This document shows positions 37,074 to 47,598 of a stretch of DNA of 64,000 nt, in pieces. The notes beneath the pieces were generated by a model. The model ran no database searches. It worked only from the letters and a program-made list of their open reading frames with translations, and was not told the DNA's origin. Source of the stretch: Candidatus Omnitrophota bacterium. Its GTDB lineage: Bacteria > Omnitrophota > Gorgyraeia > Tantalellales > Tantalellaceae. The stretch spans positions 6,521-70,520 of the forward strand of contig DAONGE010000006.1 of the NCBI GenBank assembly GCA_035403965.1. The letters run 5' to 3'. Each line of letters opens with the position of its first letter. Positions within the stretch are counted from its first letter, which is position 1. The position numbers were made by a program, and so were the translations under genes.

Positions 37074-38672
37074 ATGGCGATCAAAATTCTTGTCAGCGAT
37101 CCATTGGCGAAAGAAGGAGTCGAGATACTAAAAAGTCATAAAGGCTTTGAGGTAGATGAGGTCTCCAAACTAAGCGAAGAAGATCTTGTGAAGAAGATCA
37201 AAGGGTATGACGCCCTTATTGTGCGCAGTGAAACCACGGTCACTGCCAAGATCATTAATGCTTCCGATAAACTTAAACTTATAGGACGTGCGGGTGTAGG
37301 TGTTGACAATGTGGATGTTACTGCGGCTTCGAAAAAAGGCATAGTCGTCATGAACGCGCCGACAGGGAATACCATATCGACCGCGGAACACGCGTTCGCG
37401 CTTATGATGTCGCTTTCAAGAAATATCCCGGTTGCCAGTGAATCAGTGCGCCAAGGGAAATGGGACAGGAAAAAGTTCGTGGGAGTGGAATTGTATGGAA
37501 AAGTTCTCGGTGTGGTTGGTCTCGGAAGGATAGGCGCGGAGTTCTCGAAACGTGCGCAGAGTTTCGGCATGAAGGTCCTTGCCTTCGATCCTTTTCTTTC
37601 TGTGGAAAGAGCCAAGGCCATCAATGTTGAATCGGTCGATCTTGATACGCTTTTTAGGAACGCCGATTTTATAACGATTCATACTCCTCTTACCGAGGAA
37701 ACTAAACATCTTTTGGATGACGCCGCTTTTGAAAAGATGAAAAAGGGTGTAAGGATAATCAACGCCGCTCGCGGCGGTATAGTTGATGAAAAAGCGCTGG
37801 CTAAAAATTTGAAGTCAGGCAAGGTCGCCGGAGCCGCTCTTGATGTCTATGAGTCGAAGTTGAAGCCGCCTGCGGACAGCCCGATAATGGGTATGGACAA
37901 TGTTGTGACCACTCCGCATCTCGGGGCGTCTACGGAAGAAGCCCAGCTTAATGTTTCGATCGATATGGCAAGATGCGTCGCGGATGCTCTTTTAGGAAAA
38001 GGTTTCCGAAATGCGGTAAATGTTCCGACTGTCGAAGGGGATCAGATAGAGGTTTTACGGCCGTATGTTAATCTTGCTGAAAGACTAGGGACGATACAGA
38101 CCCAGCTGGTAGACGAACCGATAAAATCGGTTTCTATAAAATATACCGGTGAACTCGCGAAAATGGATGTTAGCATGCTTACACGTGCTGTTATTAAAGG
38201 GGTTTTAAGCCCGATACTTGAGGAACAAATAAATTATGTGAACTCCGTTGTGGTCGCTAAGGAGCGTGGCATAGCGATAACCGAAAAGAAAACGGCTGAG
38301 ATCATGGATTTCGCTAACCTTATTTGCGTCGAGCTCGAGACTGCGAAGAGAAAGTATTTCATAATGGGAACGCTTTTCGCGAATAAAGATCCGCGCATAG
38401 TGAAGATTGATAACTTCTATCTTGAGGCTGTTCCAGATGGGAATATGCTCGTTATAGCCAACAACGATGTCCCTGGTATAGTAGGAAAGATAGGGACCAC
38501 GCTCGGCAAAGAGGGGATCAATATCGCTTCAATAAGTCTAGGACGCGATAAAAAAGCGGCCAAGGCCATCAGCCTTCTTAATGTCGACAGCGAGATCACG
38601 AAGCCTGTTATCAAGAAGCTTAAGGCTATAAAAGATATTACGGATGTAAAATCCGTTAAGGTCATTCTATAA
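37074..38672 (+). CDS. serA: D-3-phosphoglycerate dehydrogenase (with ASB and ACT domains)
   Basis: NAD Rossmann motif (GVVGLGRIGAEF). Catalytic His/Glu region. 532 aa with a C-terminal ACT domain. Confidence 0.9.
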   Translation: MAIKILVSDPLAKEGVEILKSHKGFEVDEVSKLSEEDLVKKIKGYDALIVRSETTVTAKIINASDKLKLIGRAGVGVDNVDVTAASKKGIVVMNAPTGNTISTAEHAFALMMSLSRNIPVASESVRQGKWDRKKFVGVELYGKVLGVVGLGRIGAEFSKRAQSFGMKVLAFDPFLSVERAKAINVESVDLDTLFRNADFITIHTPLTEETKHLLDDAAFEKMKKGVRIINAARGGIVDEKALAKNLKSGKVAGAALDVYESKLKPPADSPIMGMDNVVTTPHLGASTEEAQLNVSIDMARCVADALLGKGFRNAVNVPTVEGDQIEVLRPYVNLAERLGTIQTQLVDEPIKSVSIKYTGELAKMDVSMLTRAVIKGVLSPILEEQINYVNSVVVAKERGIAITEKKTAEIMDFANLICVELETAKRKYFIMGTLFANKDPRIVKIDNFYLEAVPDGNMLVIANNDVPGIVGKIGTTLGKEGINIASISLGRDKKAAKAISLLNVDSEITKPVIKKLKAIKDITDVKSVKVIL

Positions 38673-38686
38673 AACCGGGTGGTAAT

Positions 38687-39481
38687 ATGACTAAAAAAAT
38701 AGGGGTGTTTCTGTGCCTGTACGCGGTTTGTGCGTATTTTGCCCTTCCATCTGTATGTCCGGCCGAAGAAAAAGGTGCGCTGGTGAAAGCCTGGGAAAAG
38801 ATATCCTCAAAAGACAAGAAGACAGTTTCGGAGAAAAAGAATACCCAAAAGCCCGCAGCTGCGAAATCTTCCGTGAAGACGTCCGTTGATCAGACAAAAG
38901 CGGGTTCGGAAAAACCGACAGCAAAAAAAGAAAAAACTGACGCATCGAAGAAGGAAGATGCCGGTAAAAAGAAAAAACGTCCTATTCCGGAAGATCTTAC
39001 GAATGAGGAAATGATAAAAGTAATAAACATGCGTGTCGAAACTTTTGGTGAGATCGCGTATATGATCCCGGGTTTTTCAAAAAGAACCGGCCCTGACGAT
39101 AAAATTTCGTACTACTATGCCGCAGATGGGGGAATAGCCAGTCCGATAGAGGATCTTGACCGTGAAACGTTATATGCCTTATTTGTAATGATAAATAACG
39201 AAGCCACGCGTCTTCAAACAGAACGGTTAATGAAGCAGATTGAACAACAAAGCAGACTTGTGCAACAGATACAGTCGCAACAAAAACAATTGCAGGCGGC
39301 CAATAACCAGACGTCGAATACGATGGGGCAGCAACAGCAGATATCGAATATTATACAGCAGCAGGCGATGGCTCAGCAGCAAAGGAATTTGCAGAGCCAA
39401 ACCCAGACAGGTGGTCAGGTGCCGCGGGTATATCAGCCGCCGACACCACCGCCGGCTCAACCGAAAACAAATAATAAATAG
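38687..39481 (+). CDS. Secreted hypothetical protein with Lys-rich and Gln-rich low-complexity regions
   Basis: Signal peptide (MTKKIGVFLCLYAVCAYFALPSVCPA), then a K/E-rich segment, a ~70-aa globular core, and a Q-rich tail (QQSRLVQQIQSQQKQLQAANNQ...QQQISNIIQQQAMAQQQRNLQSQTQ) ending PPTPPPAQP. Confidence 0.55.
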   Translation: MTKKIGVFLCLYAVCAYFALPSVCPAEEKGALVKAWEKISSKDKKTVSEKKNTQKPAAAKSSVKTSVDQTKAGSEKPTAKKEKTDASKKEDAGKKKKRPIPEDLTNEEMIKVINMRVETFGEIAYMIPGFSKRTGPDDKISYYYAADGGIASPIEDLDRETLYALFVMINNEATRLQTERLMKQIEQQSRLVQQIQSQQKQLQAANNQTSNTMGQQQQISNIIQQQAMAQQQRNLQSQTQTGGQVPRVYQPPTPPPAQPKTNNK

Positions 39482-39489
39482 GAGAAGGC

Positions 39490-40794
39490 ATGCGTAAACA
39501 AACCCGAAAATCCCTTGGAAAAACTACCGTTCTGGTCGGAGCCCAGTGGGGCGACGAAGGTAAAGGAAAAGTAATAGATGTCCTTACGAAGGATGTAAAT
39601 TATGTTGTCCGATATCAGGGGGGGAACAACGCGGGACATACCGTTGTTATCGGGAAAAATAAGTATGTTTTGCATTTGATCCCGTCAGGTATACTTCACA
39701 ACGGGAAAGTTTGTGTTATAGGGCACGGAGTGGTTGTCGATCCGAAGGCTCTTATTGACGAGATAAAATTCGTAAAATCCAAGGGGATAAAGGTAGACGG
39801 ACGCTTAATGATAAGCGACAGAGCTCATGTTATTTTTCCGTATCACCAAAAACTTGACGAACTCCGGGAATTGCGGGCAAAAGGACGTATAGGTACCACA
39901 CGGAAAGGCATCGGTCCTTGTTACTCGGACAAAGTCGCCCGTGTCGGGATTAGGATGGGTGACCTTTTTGACGAGCAGTATTTAAGGAGTCGTATAGAGA
40001 TCAATGTCAAGGAGAAGAATACCTCGCTGAAAGAGCTCGGGCGTGGCGCCGAATTTGATGCGGATGCGATATATAACGAATATCTCGGATATGCGAAAAC
40101 ACTGCGCGGCTATGTATGCGATACGATACAGCTGTTGAATGACGCACTAAAAAAAGGTAAATCCATATTGTTTGAAGGCGCGCAGGGAACGTTTTTGGAT
40201 GTGGACTATGGAACTTATCCGTTCGTTACATCGTCGAACGCCACCGCCGGAGGGGCTTGTACCGGTGCCGGTATAGGTCCGTCGAAGATAGATAAAGTGC
40301 TGGGTGTGGTGAAAGCATATACTACACGTGTCGGCGAAGGCCCGTTCCCTACTGAATTCTCAGATGAATTAATGGACATAATACGCCAAAAGGGTGGAGA
40401 ATTTGGAGCGACTACGGGCAGGGCCAGAAGGTGCGGATGGTTCGACGCGGTTCTTGTGAAAAATTCGGTTGATATAAACGGCATAGACAGCGTTGTTATT
40501 ACAAAACTTGATGTTCTGGACGATCTTGAAAATATCAAAATCTGTGTTGCATACAAATATAAAGGAAAAACCTACAGGAATATTCCCGGGATCCCGGGTT
40601 TTCTTGAAGATTGTGAGCCTGTCTATGAAACGCAAGCCGGTTGGCAATGTGATACATCGAATGTGACGTCGTGTTCTAAACTGCCAAAGAATGCCAAAAA
40701 ATACATATCACGGATAAAAGAACTTATCGGGACGGAGATCATGCTGGTCTCGGTAGGAAAAAGTCGTAAGCAGACCTTTGCGTATGATAAATGA
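39490..40794 (+). CDS. purA: Adenylosuccinate synthetase
   Basis: GAQWGDEGKGK P-loop. 434 aa. Confidence 0.95.
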   Translation: MRKQTRKSLGKTTVLVGAQWGDEGKGKVIDVLTKDVNYVVRYQGGNNAGHTVVIGKNKYVLHLIPSGILHNGKVCVIGHGVVVDPKALIDEIKFVKSKGIKVDGRLMISDRAHVIFPYHQKLDELRELRAKGRIGTTRKGIGPCYSDKVARVGIRMGDLFDEQYLRSRIEINVKEKNTSLKELGRGAEFDADAIYNEYLGYAKTLRGYVCDTIQLLNDALKKGKSILFEGAQGTFLDVDYGTYPFVTSSNATAGGACTGAGIGPSKIDKVLGVVKAYTTRVGEGPFPTEFSDELMDIIRQKGGEFGATTGRARRCGWFDAVLVKNSVDINGIDSVVITKLDVLDDLENIKICVAYKYKGKTYRNIPGIPGFLEDCEPVYETQAGWQCDTSNVTSCSKLPKNAKKYISRIKELIGTEIMLVSVGKSRKQTFAYDK

Positions 40795-40838
40795 ACGGAT
40801 CGAGTGGTAAGTGATATGGATGAAATGGGCAGGAAAAT

Positions 40839-41534
40839 ATGAGTTTACCCCAGCATGTCGGAATTATAATGGATGGGAACGGCAGATGGGCAAAACAGCG
40901 AAATTTGCCGAAGATCATGGGGCATCGTAACGGTGTAAAGACAGCGGGCGATATTGTAAAGGCCTGTGCAGAACGTGGAGTCAAAGCCCTCACCATGTAT
41001 ACCTTCTCTTCCGAGAATTGGAAGCGGCCAAAAGAAGAAGTTGACGCGTTGATGGCGCTTCTAGAGGAAAACCTGAAAAAAGGGATAAATGAACTGCATG
41101 CCAATAACGTTCGTTTTAACGTGATCGGCAGAAGGAAAGGATTACCGCTCTCTCTTATAAATGAATTTGATCGTGCGATGGCGTTAACGTCCGTCAATAC
41201 GGGGATAGTGCTTTCTTTGGCCATAAATTATGGGGGCAGACAGGAGATCTTTGACGCCGCTTGTGAATTAGCCGCTCGTGTGTCTGACGGCCGGGTTAAG
41301 ATAGATGAGATAGATGAAAAGAAATTCGGGGATCTTATGTATACGAAAGGTCTCCCGGAATTAGATCTTTTGATCCGTACCAGTGGGGAGATGCGCATAA
41401 GTAATTTTCTTTTGTGGCAGTCCGCATATACGGAGATATATGTTACCGACACTCTTTGGCCGGATTTTACTTCAGCTGAACTAGATAAAGCGTTAGCAGA
41501 ATTCGAAAAACGAGAGAGAAGATACGGTGGATAA
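40839..41534 (+). CDS. uppS: Ditrans,polycis-undecaprenyl-diphosphate synthase
   Basis: HVGIIMDGNGRWA motif. 231 aa. Confidence 0.9.
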   Translation: MSLPQHVGIIMDGNGRWAKQRNLPKIMGHRNGVKTAGDIVKACAERGVKALTMYTFSSENWKRPKEEVDALMALLEENLKKGINELHANNVRFNVIGRRKGLPLSLINEFDRAMALTSVNTGIVLSLAINYGGRQEIFDAACELAARVSDGRVKIDEIDEKKFGDLMYTKGLPELDLLIRTSGEMRISNFLLWQSAYTEIYVTDTLWPDFTSAELDKALAEFEKRERRYGG

Positions 41535-42339
41535 ACTGATACGGCGTACACTTGTCAGCTGCATACTTATTCCGCTTGTAGGGGCGATCGTATATCTATC
41601 TCCGCAGTGGCTGTTCTGTGCAGTTGTCGCAACGTTTGTGGGGTTCGGCCAGTTCGAGTTTTTCAAGATGGTCGAACACCGAGGCGTGTTTGTGTATAAA
41701 TATTTCGGTACGGTTGTCGGTACGTTGGTTCCGCTGGTTATATATCTGGGGTATGCGTTCCCCGATGTGACGGATCTAGAGCCTTTGCTGATAATATTAG
41801 CCAGTCTTTTCGTTTTTGTGCTACAACTGATCAGGAAGGACAACAATAAAGACCACTTGGTATCTATGGCGGTCACGCTTTTTTCGATGTTCTATATCAG
41901 CTGGTTTTTTTCGTTTTTGATAAAATTTCGATTTTTGGCTAACGGTGCTAATCTTATAACTTTTCTAATCATGGTCACAAAAGGGGCCGATATCGGCGCG
42001 TACCTTGGTGGGAGCTATTTTGGTAAGAATGAGCTTATCCCGCGGATAAGTCCTAAAAAGACGAAAGAAGGGACTCTGTCAGGTATAATATTCAGCATGA
42101 TGCTTGCGATGCTGTTCGGACCGTTCCTGACAGGATTTGGAATGATACATGCCGCTGTTATAGGTGCTGTTCTTGCCGTTATCGGACAGGTAGGGGATCT
42201 GGCGGAAAGTCTTATAAAACGTGATTGTGGCGTCAAAGATTCAGGCGGATATTTCGCGGATATCGGCGGAGTGCTTGATCTGATCGACAGCCTGTTGTTT
42301 ACCGTGCCGGTGTTCTATCTTTATATTAAAACTTTATAA
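41527..42339 (+). CDS. cdsA: Phosphatidate cytidylyltransferase
   Basis: Polytopic membrane protein with the CTP_transf_1 C-terminal signature (SxxKRxxGxKDxGxxxPGHGGxxDR-like: SLIKRDCGVKDSGGYFADIGGVLDLID). Confidence 0.85.
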   Translation: MDKLIRRTLVSCILIPLVGAIVYLSPQWLFCAVVATFVGFGQFEFFKMVEHRGVFVYKYFGTVVGTLVPLVIYLGYAFPDVTDLEPLLIILASLFVFVLQLIRKDNNKDHLVSMAVTLFSMFYISWFFSFLIKFRFLANGANLITFLIMVTKGADIGAYLGGSYFGKNELIPRISPKKTKEGTLSGIIFSMMLAMLFGPFLTGFGMIHAAVIGAVLAVIGQVGDLAESLIKRDCGVKDSGGYFADIGGVLDLIDSLLFTVPVFYLYIKTL

Positions 42340-42375
42340 TGTGGGTCCAGAATATCGCTGAAAGAGAAGAGAAAG

Positions 42376-43521
42376 ATGTCGATCAAAAAAATCGTGGTAC
42401 TTGGTTCAACGGGATCTATCGGTAAGAGTACGCTGGATATTGCCGGAAGATATCCGGATAAATTTAGGGTGATTGCGATATCGTCCAACAGCAATGCGGA
42501 TCTTCTGATAGAGCAGGCGTCGAAATTCAGGCCCAAATATGTGGCGGTTAATAAAACGGCATGTATCGGAAAAATTAAAGATAATGTCCCTGCCGGGATC
42601 AAAGTAGGCGGTCCTGATTTTACAGAACAGTTGGCGGCGTTAAAAGAGGCGGATCTGATCGTTATGGCGATCGCCGGTACGGCGGCGCTTAAACCCCTGA
42701 TGGCCGCGATAGAGGCGGGAAAGACCATAGCGTTGGCTAGCAAGGAGCCGATAGTGTCCGCAGGTGAGATCGTAATGAGGTTATGCAAAAAAAAATCAGC
42801 TAAGTTGCTGCCTGTGGATTCAGAACATAGCGCGCTTTTTCAGTGTCTTGCCGGGAAAACAGCGCAGGATGTGGGGAAATTATATATAACTGGCAGCGGC
42901 GGTACGCTTTGGAACAAAAAGGACAGGGACCTAGACTCTTTCTCTCTTGAGGAAGTTCTGTCTCATCCTAAATGGAGCATGGGAAAAAAAATAACCGTTG
43001 ATTCGGCGACGTTAATGAACAAGGGGCTTGAGGTTATCGAGGCGCGTTGGCTCTTTGATGTGAAACCGAATAAAATAGATGTTGTTATACATCCTGAAGC
43101 AATAATACACGCGATGGTTGAGTTCGCGGACGGGACTATAAATGCGTGTCTATTTAATCCCGATATGCGTTTTCCCATACTTAGGGCGCTTTCTTATCCG
43201 GAAATATTGAAAAGCAGTTTAGAAAAAATTGATTTCTGCAAATTGGGAAACATCTCGTTCCATGCTCCGGACTATAAAAGGTTTCCGGCGCTGGATTTGG
43301 CGCGTACAAGTCTAAAAAAAGGCGGGACAGTTCCGGCTGTGCTTAATAGTGCGAACGAAGCGGCCGTGAATTTGTTCCTTGAGAATAAGATTAAGTTTAC
43401 TCAGATAATAAAGATCGTCGAAAAGGTTCTGTCACGGCATCGTTCAAAATCTAAACCAGTACTTTCGGATATTTTTGAATCCGAAAAATGGGCACTTGAG
43501 GAGGTGCATCGGGTTTGTTAA
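42376..43521 (+). CDS. dxr: 1-deoxy-D-xylulose 5-phosphate reductoisomerase
   Basis: KIVVLGSTGSIGKSTLDI NADPH motif. 381 aa. Confidence 0.9.
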   Translation: MSIKKIVVLGSTGSIGKSTLDIAGRYPDKFRVIAISSNSNADLLIEQASKFRPKYVAVNKTACIGKIKDNVPAGIKVGGPDFTEQLAALKEADLIVMAIAGTAALKPLMAAIEAGKTIALASKEPIVSAGEIVMRLCKKKSAKLLPVDSEHSALFQCLAGKTAQDVGKLYITGSGGTLWNKKDRDLDSFSLEEVLSHPKWSMGKKITVDSATLMNKGLEVIEARWLFDVKPNKIDVVIHPEAIIHAMVEFADGTINACLFNPDMRFPILRALSYPEILKSSLEKIDFCKLGNISFHAPDYKRFPALDLARTSLKKGGTVPAVLNSANEAAVNLFLENKIKFTQIIKIVEKVLSRHRSKSKPVLSDIFESEKWALEEVHRVC

Positions 43522-44654
43522 CTATCATTGCGGTTCTAGTGGTATTCAGCGTTCTTATCCTGATACATGAAATGGGGCATTTGTTCGTGGCTAAAAAGGC
43601 CGGGATAAAGGTCGAGGCTTTTTCGCTTGGGATGGGAAAACGTCTTTGTGGGATAAAAATCGGCGATACCGATTACAGACTTTGTCTTTTCCCGTTCGGG
43701 GGATATTGTAAGATGGCCGGGGAAGATCCTTCCGAAGCTAAGGGGTCGCAGGATGAATTCGGGGCAAAACCGGTCGGCTATAGGTTTTGGGTCGTAGTGG
43801 CAGGTTCGCTGACAAACTATATTTTTGCCTTCATATTGTTCAGCGCGATCTTTATGATGGGTGTCCCCACATTGACAAGCAAGGTCGGGCAGGTGCTTAA
43901 CGGATATCCCGCCGAAAAAGCAGGCATAAAATCCGGCGATAAAATTGTTTCCATAAACGGCAAGCCCGTAGTTTATTGGGATGATGTTCTGGCCGCGATA
44001 AAGGAATTTTCTGTTTCCGGCAACGAACTTGACGTTAAGGTTAAACGGAATGACCAGGATGTCGCGCTTAAAATAAAACCCGAACTTTCAAAGGTGACTA
44101 ATATCTTTGGTCAGACGATTACGCGGCCGATGCTCGGCGTAGCTCCCCAGAACGAGTTTTTACCGGTTTCATATGATCCGTTTACGGCGGTGAAAAACGC
44201 TTGGGGTCAGCTTGTTACGATTACTGCAATGACATATAAAATGATATGGCTGCTACTTACCGGAGGGATGCCTCTAAAGGGGACGCTTTCCGGGCCGATC
44301 GGTATAGCATATTTCATAAAAGATGCAGCGCATATGGGTATAGTCCCGCTTATGCTGATCACTGCGCATATTAGCCTTGCACTGGCGATATTTAACCTTC
44401 TTCCGTTCCCTGTCCTTGATGGTGGACATGTTGTTTTTCTGCTTATCGAAAAACTGCGGGGAAAACCGGTCAGTGTGAAAGCGCAGGAAATGGTCTCTCA
44501 GGTTGCGGTCATACTGCTGATCACGTTTGCAGTGTTTGTCAGCTGGCAGGATGTTCTAAGATTTACGCCGGTTGGAAAACTGAAGATGTTTAAACAAGAC
44601 AATTCCGCGTCTATTCAATCAGGGACGTCGGAAAAAGTGGAAACTAAAAAATAA
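43515..44654 (+). CDS. rseP: RIP metalloprotease RseP (site-2 protease, PDZ-containing)
   Basis: HEMGH zinc motif in TM1. A PDZ domain in the middle. LDG motif (NLLPFPVLDGGH). Confidence 0.85.
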   Translation: MLTIIAVLVVFSVLILIHEMGHLFVAKKAGIKVEAFSLGMGKRLCGIKIGDTDYRLCLFPFGGYCKMAGEDPSEAKGSQDEFGAKPVGYRFWVVVAGSLTNYIFAFILFSAIFMMGVPTLTSKVGQVLNGYPAEKAGIKSGDKIVSINGKPVVYWDDVLAAIKEFSVSGNELDVKVKRNDQDVALKIKPELSKVTNIFGQTITRPMLGVAPQNEFLPVSYDPFTAVKNAWGQLVTITAMTYKMIWLLLTGGMPLKGTLSGPIGIAYFIKDAAHMGIVPLMLITAHISLALAIFNLLPFPVLDGGHVVFLLIEKLRGKPVSVKAQEMVSQVAVILLITFAVFVSWQDVLRFTPVGKLKMFKQDNSASIQSGTSEKVETKK

Positions 44655-44659
44655 TAAAC

Positions 44660-45754
44660 ATGATAAAAAGAAAAAAAACGCGTATTGTTTCTGTTGGTAA
44701 GGTTAAGATAGGTGCCGGGTATCCCGTTGCGATCCAGTCTATGGCCAAGACCGATACGCGCGATGTGGACGCGACCGTAAGACAAATACTATCTTTGGAA
44801 AAAGCCGGATGCGAGATTATTCGTGTCGCTGTCAAAGATGCCGATGCCGCGGCCGCTATCAAAAAAATTATAAACAAGATAAATATCCCTCTTGTCGCGG
44901 ATATGCATTTTGACAGTAAACTTGCGCTTAAGGCGATAGAAAACGGCGCCGCAAAGATAAGGATCAATCCCGGGAATATGGCTAAGAACGGAGAACTTGA
45001 CCGTGTGATAGATGCCGCGGCAGAAAAACATATTCCTATCCGCATCGGTGTTAACTCAGGATCGTTTTCGAAAAGTATTGTAGACCCTGACAAGATCGCA
45101 GGAGAAATGGTTAAGCTTTGTCTCAAATATATTGAGTATTTCGAAAGAAAGAAATTCAGAGATCTTGTTGTTTCCCTAAAAGCGTCCGACGTGCCTACTA
45201 CGATCGCCGCATATGAAAAAATGTCGGCAAAGACGGATCTTCCTTTGCATCTTGGGATAACCGCGGCCGGAGTTCCGGCTGACGGGATAGTCCGGTCAAG
45301 TGTGGGTATAGGAGCGCTTTTAATGAAAGGGATCGGAGATACGATACGTGTTTCTTTGACCGGGGATCCGGTTGAAGAGGTTAGGGCCGGGAAACGGATA
45401 CTGTCGGCTGTTGGTATCCGGAAATTCGGTCCGGAAGTGATAGCATGCCCGACATGTGGGAGATGTGGTGTGGATCTTGTGGCTATTGCGGATAAGCTTG
45501 ATAACAAGATCAAGGATTTTTTGGCGGGACACGATGTCCCAGTTAACGATACATTTATTGTGGCTGTTATGGGATGCGAAGTGAACGGGCCCGGCGAGGC
45601 GCGTGGAGCAGATCTCGGCATTGCTTTTGGAAAGAATCGTGGTGCGATATTCAGTAGGGGCAATATAATCAGGACCGTGAAGGCTTCCCAGGCGGTCGAC
45701 GAGTTGTTTGAGATGATAGTTGATAATTATAGAAAAAAAGAGAAAAATATTTAG
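44660..45754 (+). CDS. ispG: 4-hydroxy-3-methylbut-2-en-1-yl diphosphate synthase
   Basis: GcpE family. C-terminal [4Fe-4S] cysteines (CPTCGRC...GCEVNGPGE). 364 aa. Confidence 0.9.
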   Translation: MIKRKKTRIVSVGKVKIGAGYPVAIQSMAKTDTRDVDATVRQILSLEKAGCEIIRVAVKDADAAAAIKKIINKINIPLVADMHFDSKLALKAIENGAAKIRINPGNMAKNGELDRVIDAAAEKHIPIRIGVNSGSFSKSIVDPDKIAGEMVKLCLKYIEYFERKKFRDLVVSLKASDVPTTIAAYEKMSAKTDLPLHLGITAAGVPADGIVRSSVGIGALLMKGIGDTIRVSLTGDPVEEVRAGKRILSAVGIRKFGPEVIACPTCGRCGVDLVAIADKLDNKIKDFLAGHDVPVNDTFIVAVMGCEVNGPGEARGADLGIAFGKNRGAIFSRGNIIRTVKASQAVDELFEMIVDNYRKKEKNI

Positions 45755-45767
45755 AACGGAGAAAAAG

Positions 45768-47480
45768 ATGAGATGGTCACGGTATTTTATCCCAACGTTA
45801 AAAGAGAATCCGCAGGAAGCGGAAGCGGCAAGCCATAAATTGATGGTGCGTGCCGGGCTTATCCGCAGATTGTCGGCCGGTGCCTATACGTATTTGCCGC
45901 TGGGTTGCAAAGTGTTGAAGAAAGCTGAAAATATAGTGCGGGAGGAAATGACCAAGGCTGGCGCTATTGAAATATTGATGCCTGCGCTTCAGCCAGTGGA
46001 ACTTTGGAAAAAGACCGGGAGATACGATGTGATAGGCGAGGTAATGATTAAATTCAAGGATCGACACGGGAAAGAGATTGCCTTGGGGCCGACACATGAG
46101 GAGATCGTGACTAATCTTGTTGCCGGTGAAGTCAGATCGTATAAGGAACTTCCGGTAACGTTGTATCAGATACAGAATAAGTTCAGGGATGAGGCGCGTC
46201 CCAGGTTTGGAGTGGTGAGGAGCTGTGAATTTATAATGAAAGACGCGTATAGCTTTGATCGAGATGTTAAAGGACTAGAAGAAAGCTATAAAAAAATGTA
46301 TGACGCGTATTGCCGCATATTTTCAAGGTGCGGTCTGCCGTATATCCCGGTCGAAGCCGATCCCGGGCTTATGGGTGGCGCGGTTTCGCATGAATTTATG
46401 GTGCCGTCCGCTATCGGAGAGGATCACATAATTGTTTGTAGCGCATGTAAATACGCTGCCAGCACCGAGGTTGCCGCGGTGAGGCCTGTTGAAAATATTG
46501 TTGCGGTACAAAGGGAAGAGATGAAGGAAGTCGAGACCCCGGGAAGAAGTACGGTTGCGGATGTGGCGGATTTTTTGAAAGTGTCTTCCGACAAAATAGT
46601 AAAAACGCTGTTATATAAAGCGGACGGAAAACTTGTTGCCGTTCTGATACGCGGAGATCACGACGCGAACGAGGCGAAGATAAAGAGCAAACTGAAGGCT
46701 TCTAAACTCGAGCTTGCGTCGGAACAGGAAATTATCAACGCTACAGGCGGTGCAATGGGGTTTTCCGGACCGGTCGGGATAAAAGTTCCTATATACGCCG
46801 ACAACTCTATCCGGCAGGTGCAGAATGCTGTAATGGGCGCTAATTCCAGGGATAAGCATCTGATTAATGTTAACTATGACAGAGATTTTAAAGTTGATTT
46901 CTGGATCGACGCGCGTTCGATAACAGAAAAAGATGTTTGTCCGAAATGCGGTGGTGCGATTGAGATAAAGACGTCAATAGAAGTCGGGCATACGTTTAAG
47001 CTCGGGACAAAATACTCCGATGCGTTGAGAGCCGTATTCCTCGGCGAAGACGGAAAAGAAAAAGTAATTATCATGGGGTGCTATGGTATAGGTGTTAATC
47101 GCATACTTGCATCGCTTATAGAAGTCAGTAACGATGAGAACGGAATCGTGTGGCCACTGAGCCTTGCTCCGTTCGAAGTTGTTGTGATCCCTGTGAACAA
47201 GGATGACAAAGATGTGATCGCTGAGGCCGATAATATTTATCAGTCTCTTTTAAATGATGGGCTCGATGTTGTGATCGATGATCGGGACTATAAATCTCCG
47301 GGAGTGAAATTTAAGGATGCCGATCTTATTGGTTTCCCTTTTCAGATTGTAGTCGGCAAAAAGAATCTTGATAACGGAAATGTGGAAATCAAGATTCGTA
47401 AAAAGAATGAAACTATTTTAGTTCCCAAAATAGATGTGCATAAAAAGATCAAAGATCTTATTAATTTAAGCCGATATTAA
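45768..47480 (+). CDS. proS: Proline--tRNA ligase (class II)
   Basis: The start was moved to the Met preceded by a GGAG RBS (MRWSRYFIPTLKE). Class II motifs are present. A zinc-binding CPKCGG lies in the C-terminal part. Confidence 0.9.
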   Translation: MRWSRYFIPTLKENPQEAEAASHKLMVRAGLIRRLSAGAYTYLPLGCKVLKKAENIVREEMTKAGAIEILMPALQPVELWKKTGRYDVIGEVMIKFKDRHGKEIALGPTHEEIVTNLVAGEVRSYKELPVTLYQIQNKFRDEARPRFGVVRSCEFIMKDAYSFDRDVKGLEESYKKMYDAYCRIFSRCGLPYIPVEADPGLMGGAVSHEFMVPSAIGEDHIIVCSACKYAASTEVAAVRPVENIVAVQREEMKEVETPGRSTVADVADFLKVSSDKIVKTLLYKADGKLVAVLIRGDHDANEAKIKSKLKASKLELASEQEIINATGGAMGFSGPVGIKVPIYADNSIRQVQNAVMGANSRDKHLINVNYDRDFKVDFWIDARSITEKDVCPKCGGAIEIKTSIEVGHTFKLGTKYSDALRAVFLGEDGKEKVIIMGCYGIGVNRILASLIEVSNDENGIVWPLSLAPFEVVVIPVNKDDKDVIAEADNIYQSLLNDGLDVVIDDRDYKSPGVKFKDADLIGFPFQIVVGKKNLDNGNVEIKIRKKNETILVPKIDVHKKIKDLINLSRY

Positions 47481-47530
47481 GCGAGTTGTTTTCCAAAATA
47501 TGTTTATTAGTGCGTTAGTCTGCGAAATAG

Positions 47531-47559
47531 TTGGATAAACTTGTTTTTTTTTGTATAAT
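47531..47559 (+). promoter_or_regulatory. Sigma-70-type promoter (TTGGAT-17-TATAAT with an extended -10 TGtTATAAT) for the PilZ gene
   Basis: -35 at 47531-47536 and -10 at 47554-47559, with TG at -15/-14. Confidence 0.5.
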
Positions 47560-47598
47560 AAGGGTGCGTGAAAAACAACCGAACAAATGGAGGCTGAA

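Noticed and set aside
39240-39497. Arg-rich 85-aa + strand ORF
   Set aside because: It is the alternative reading frame of the CAG/CAA-rich (Gln) tail of the 38687-39481 gene, so it is a frame artefact of the repeat.
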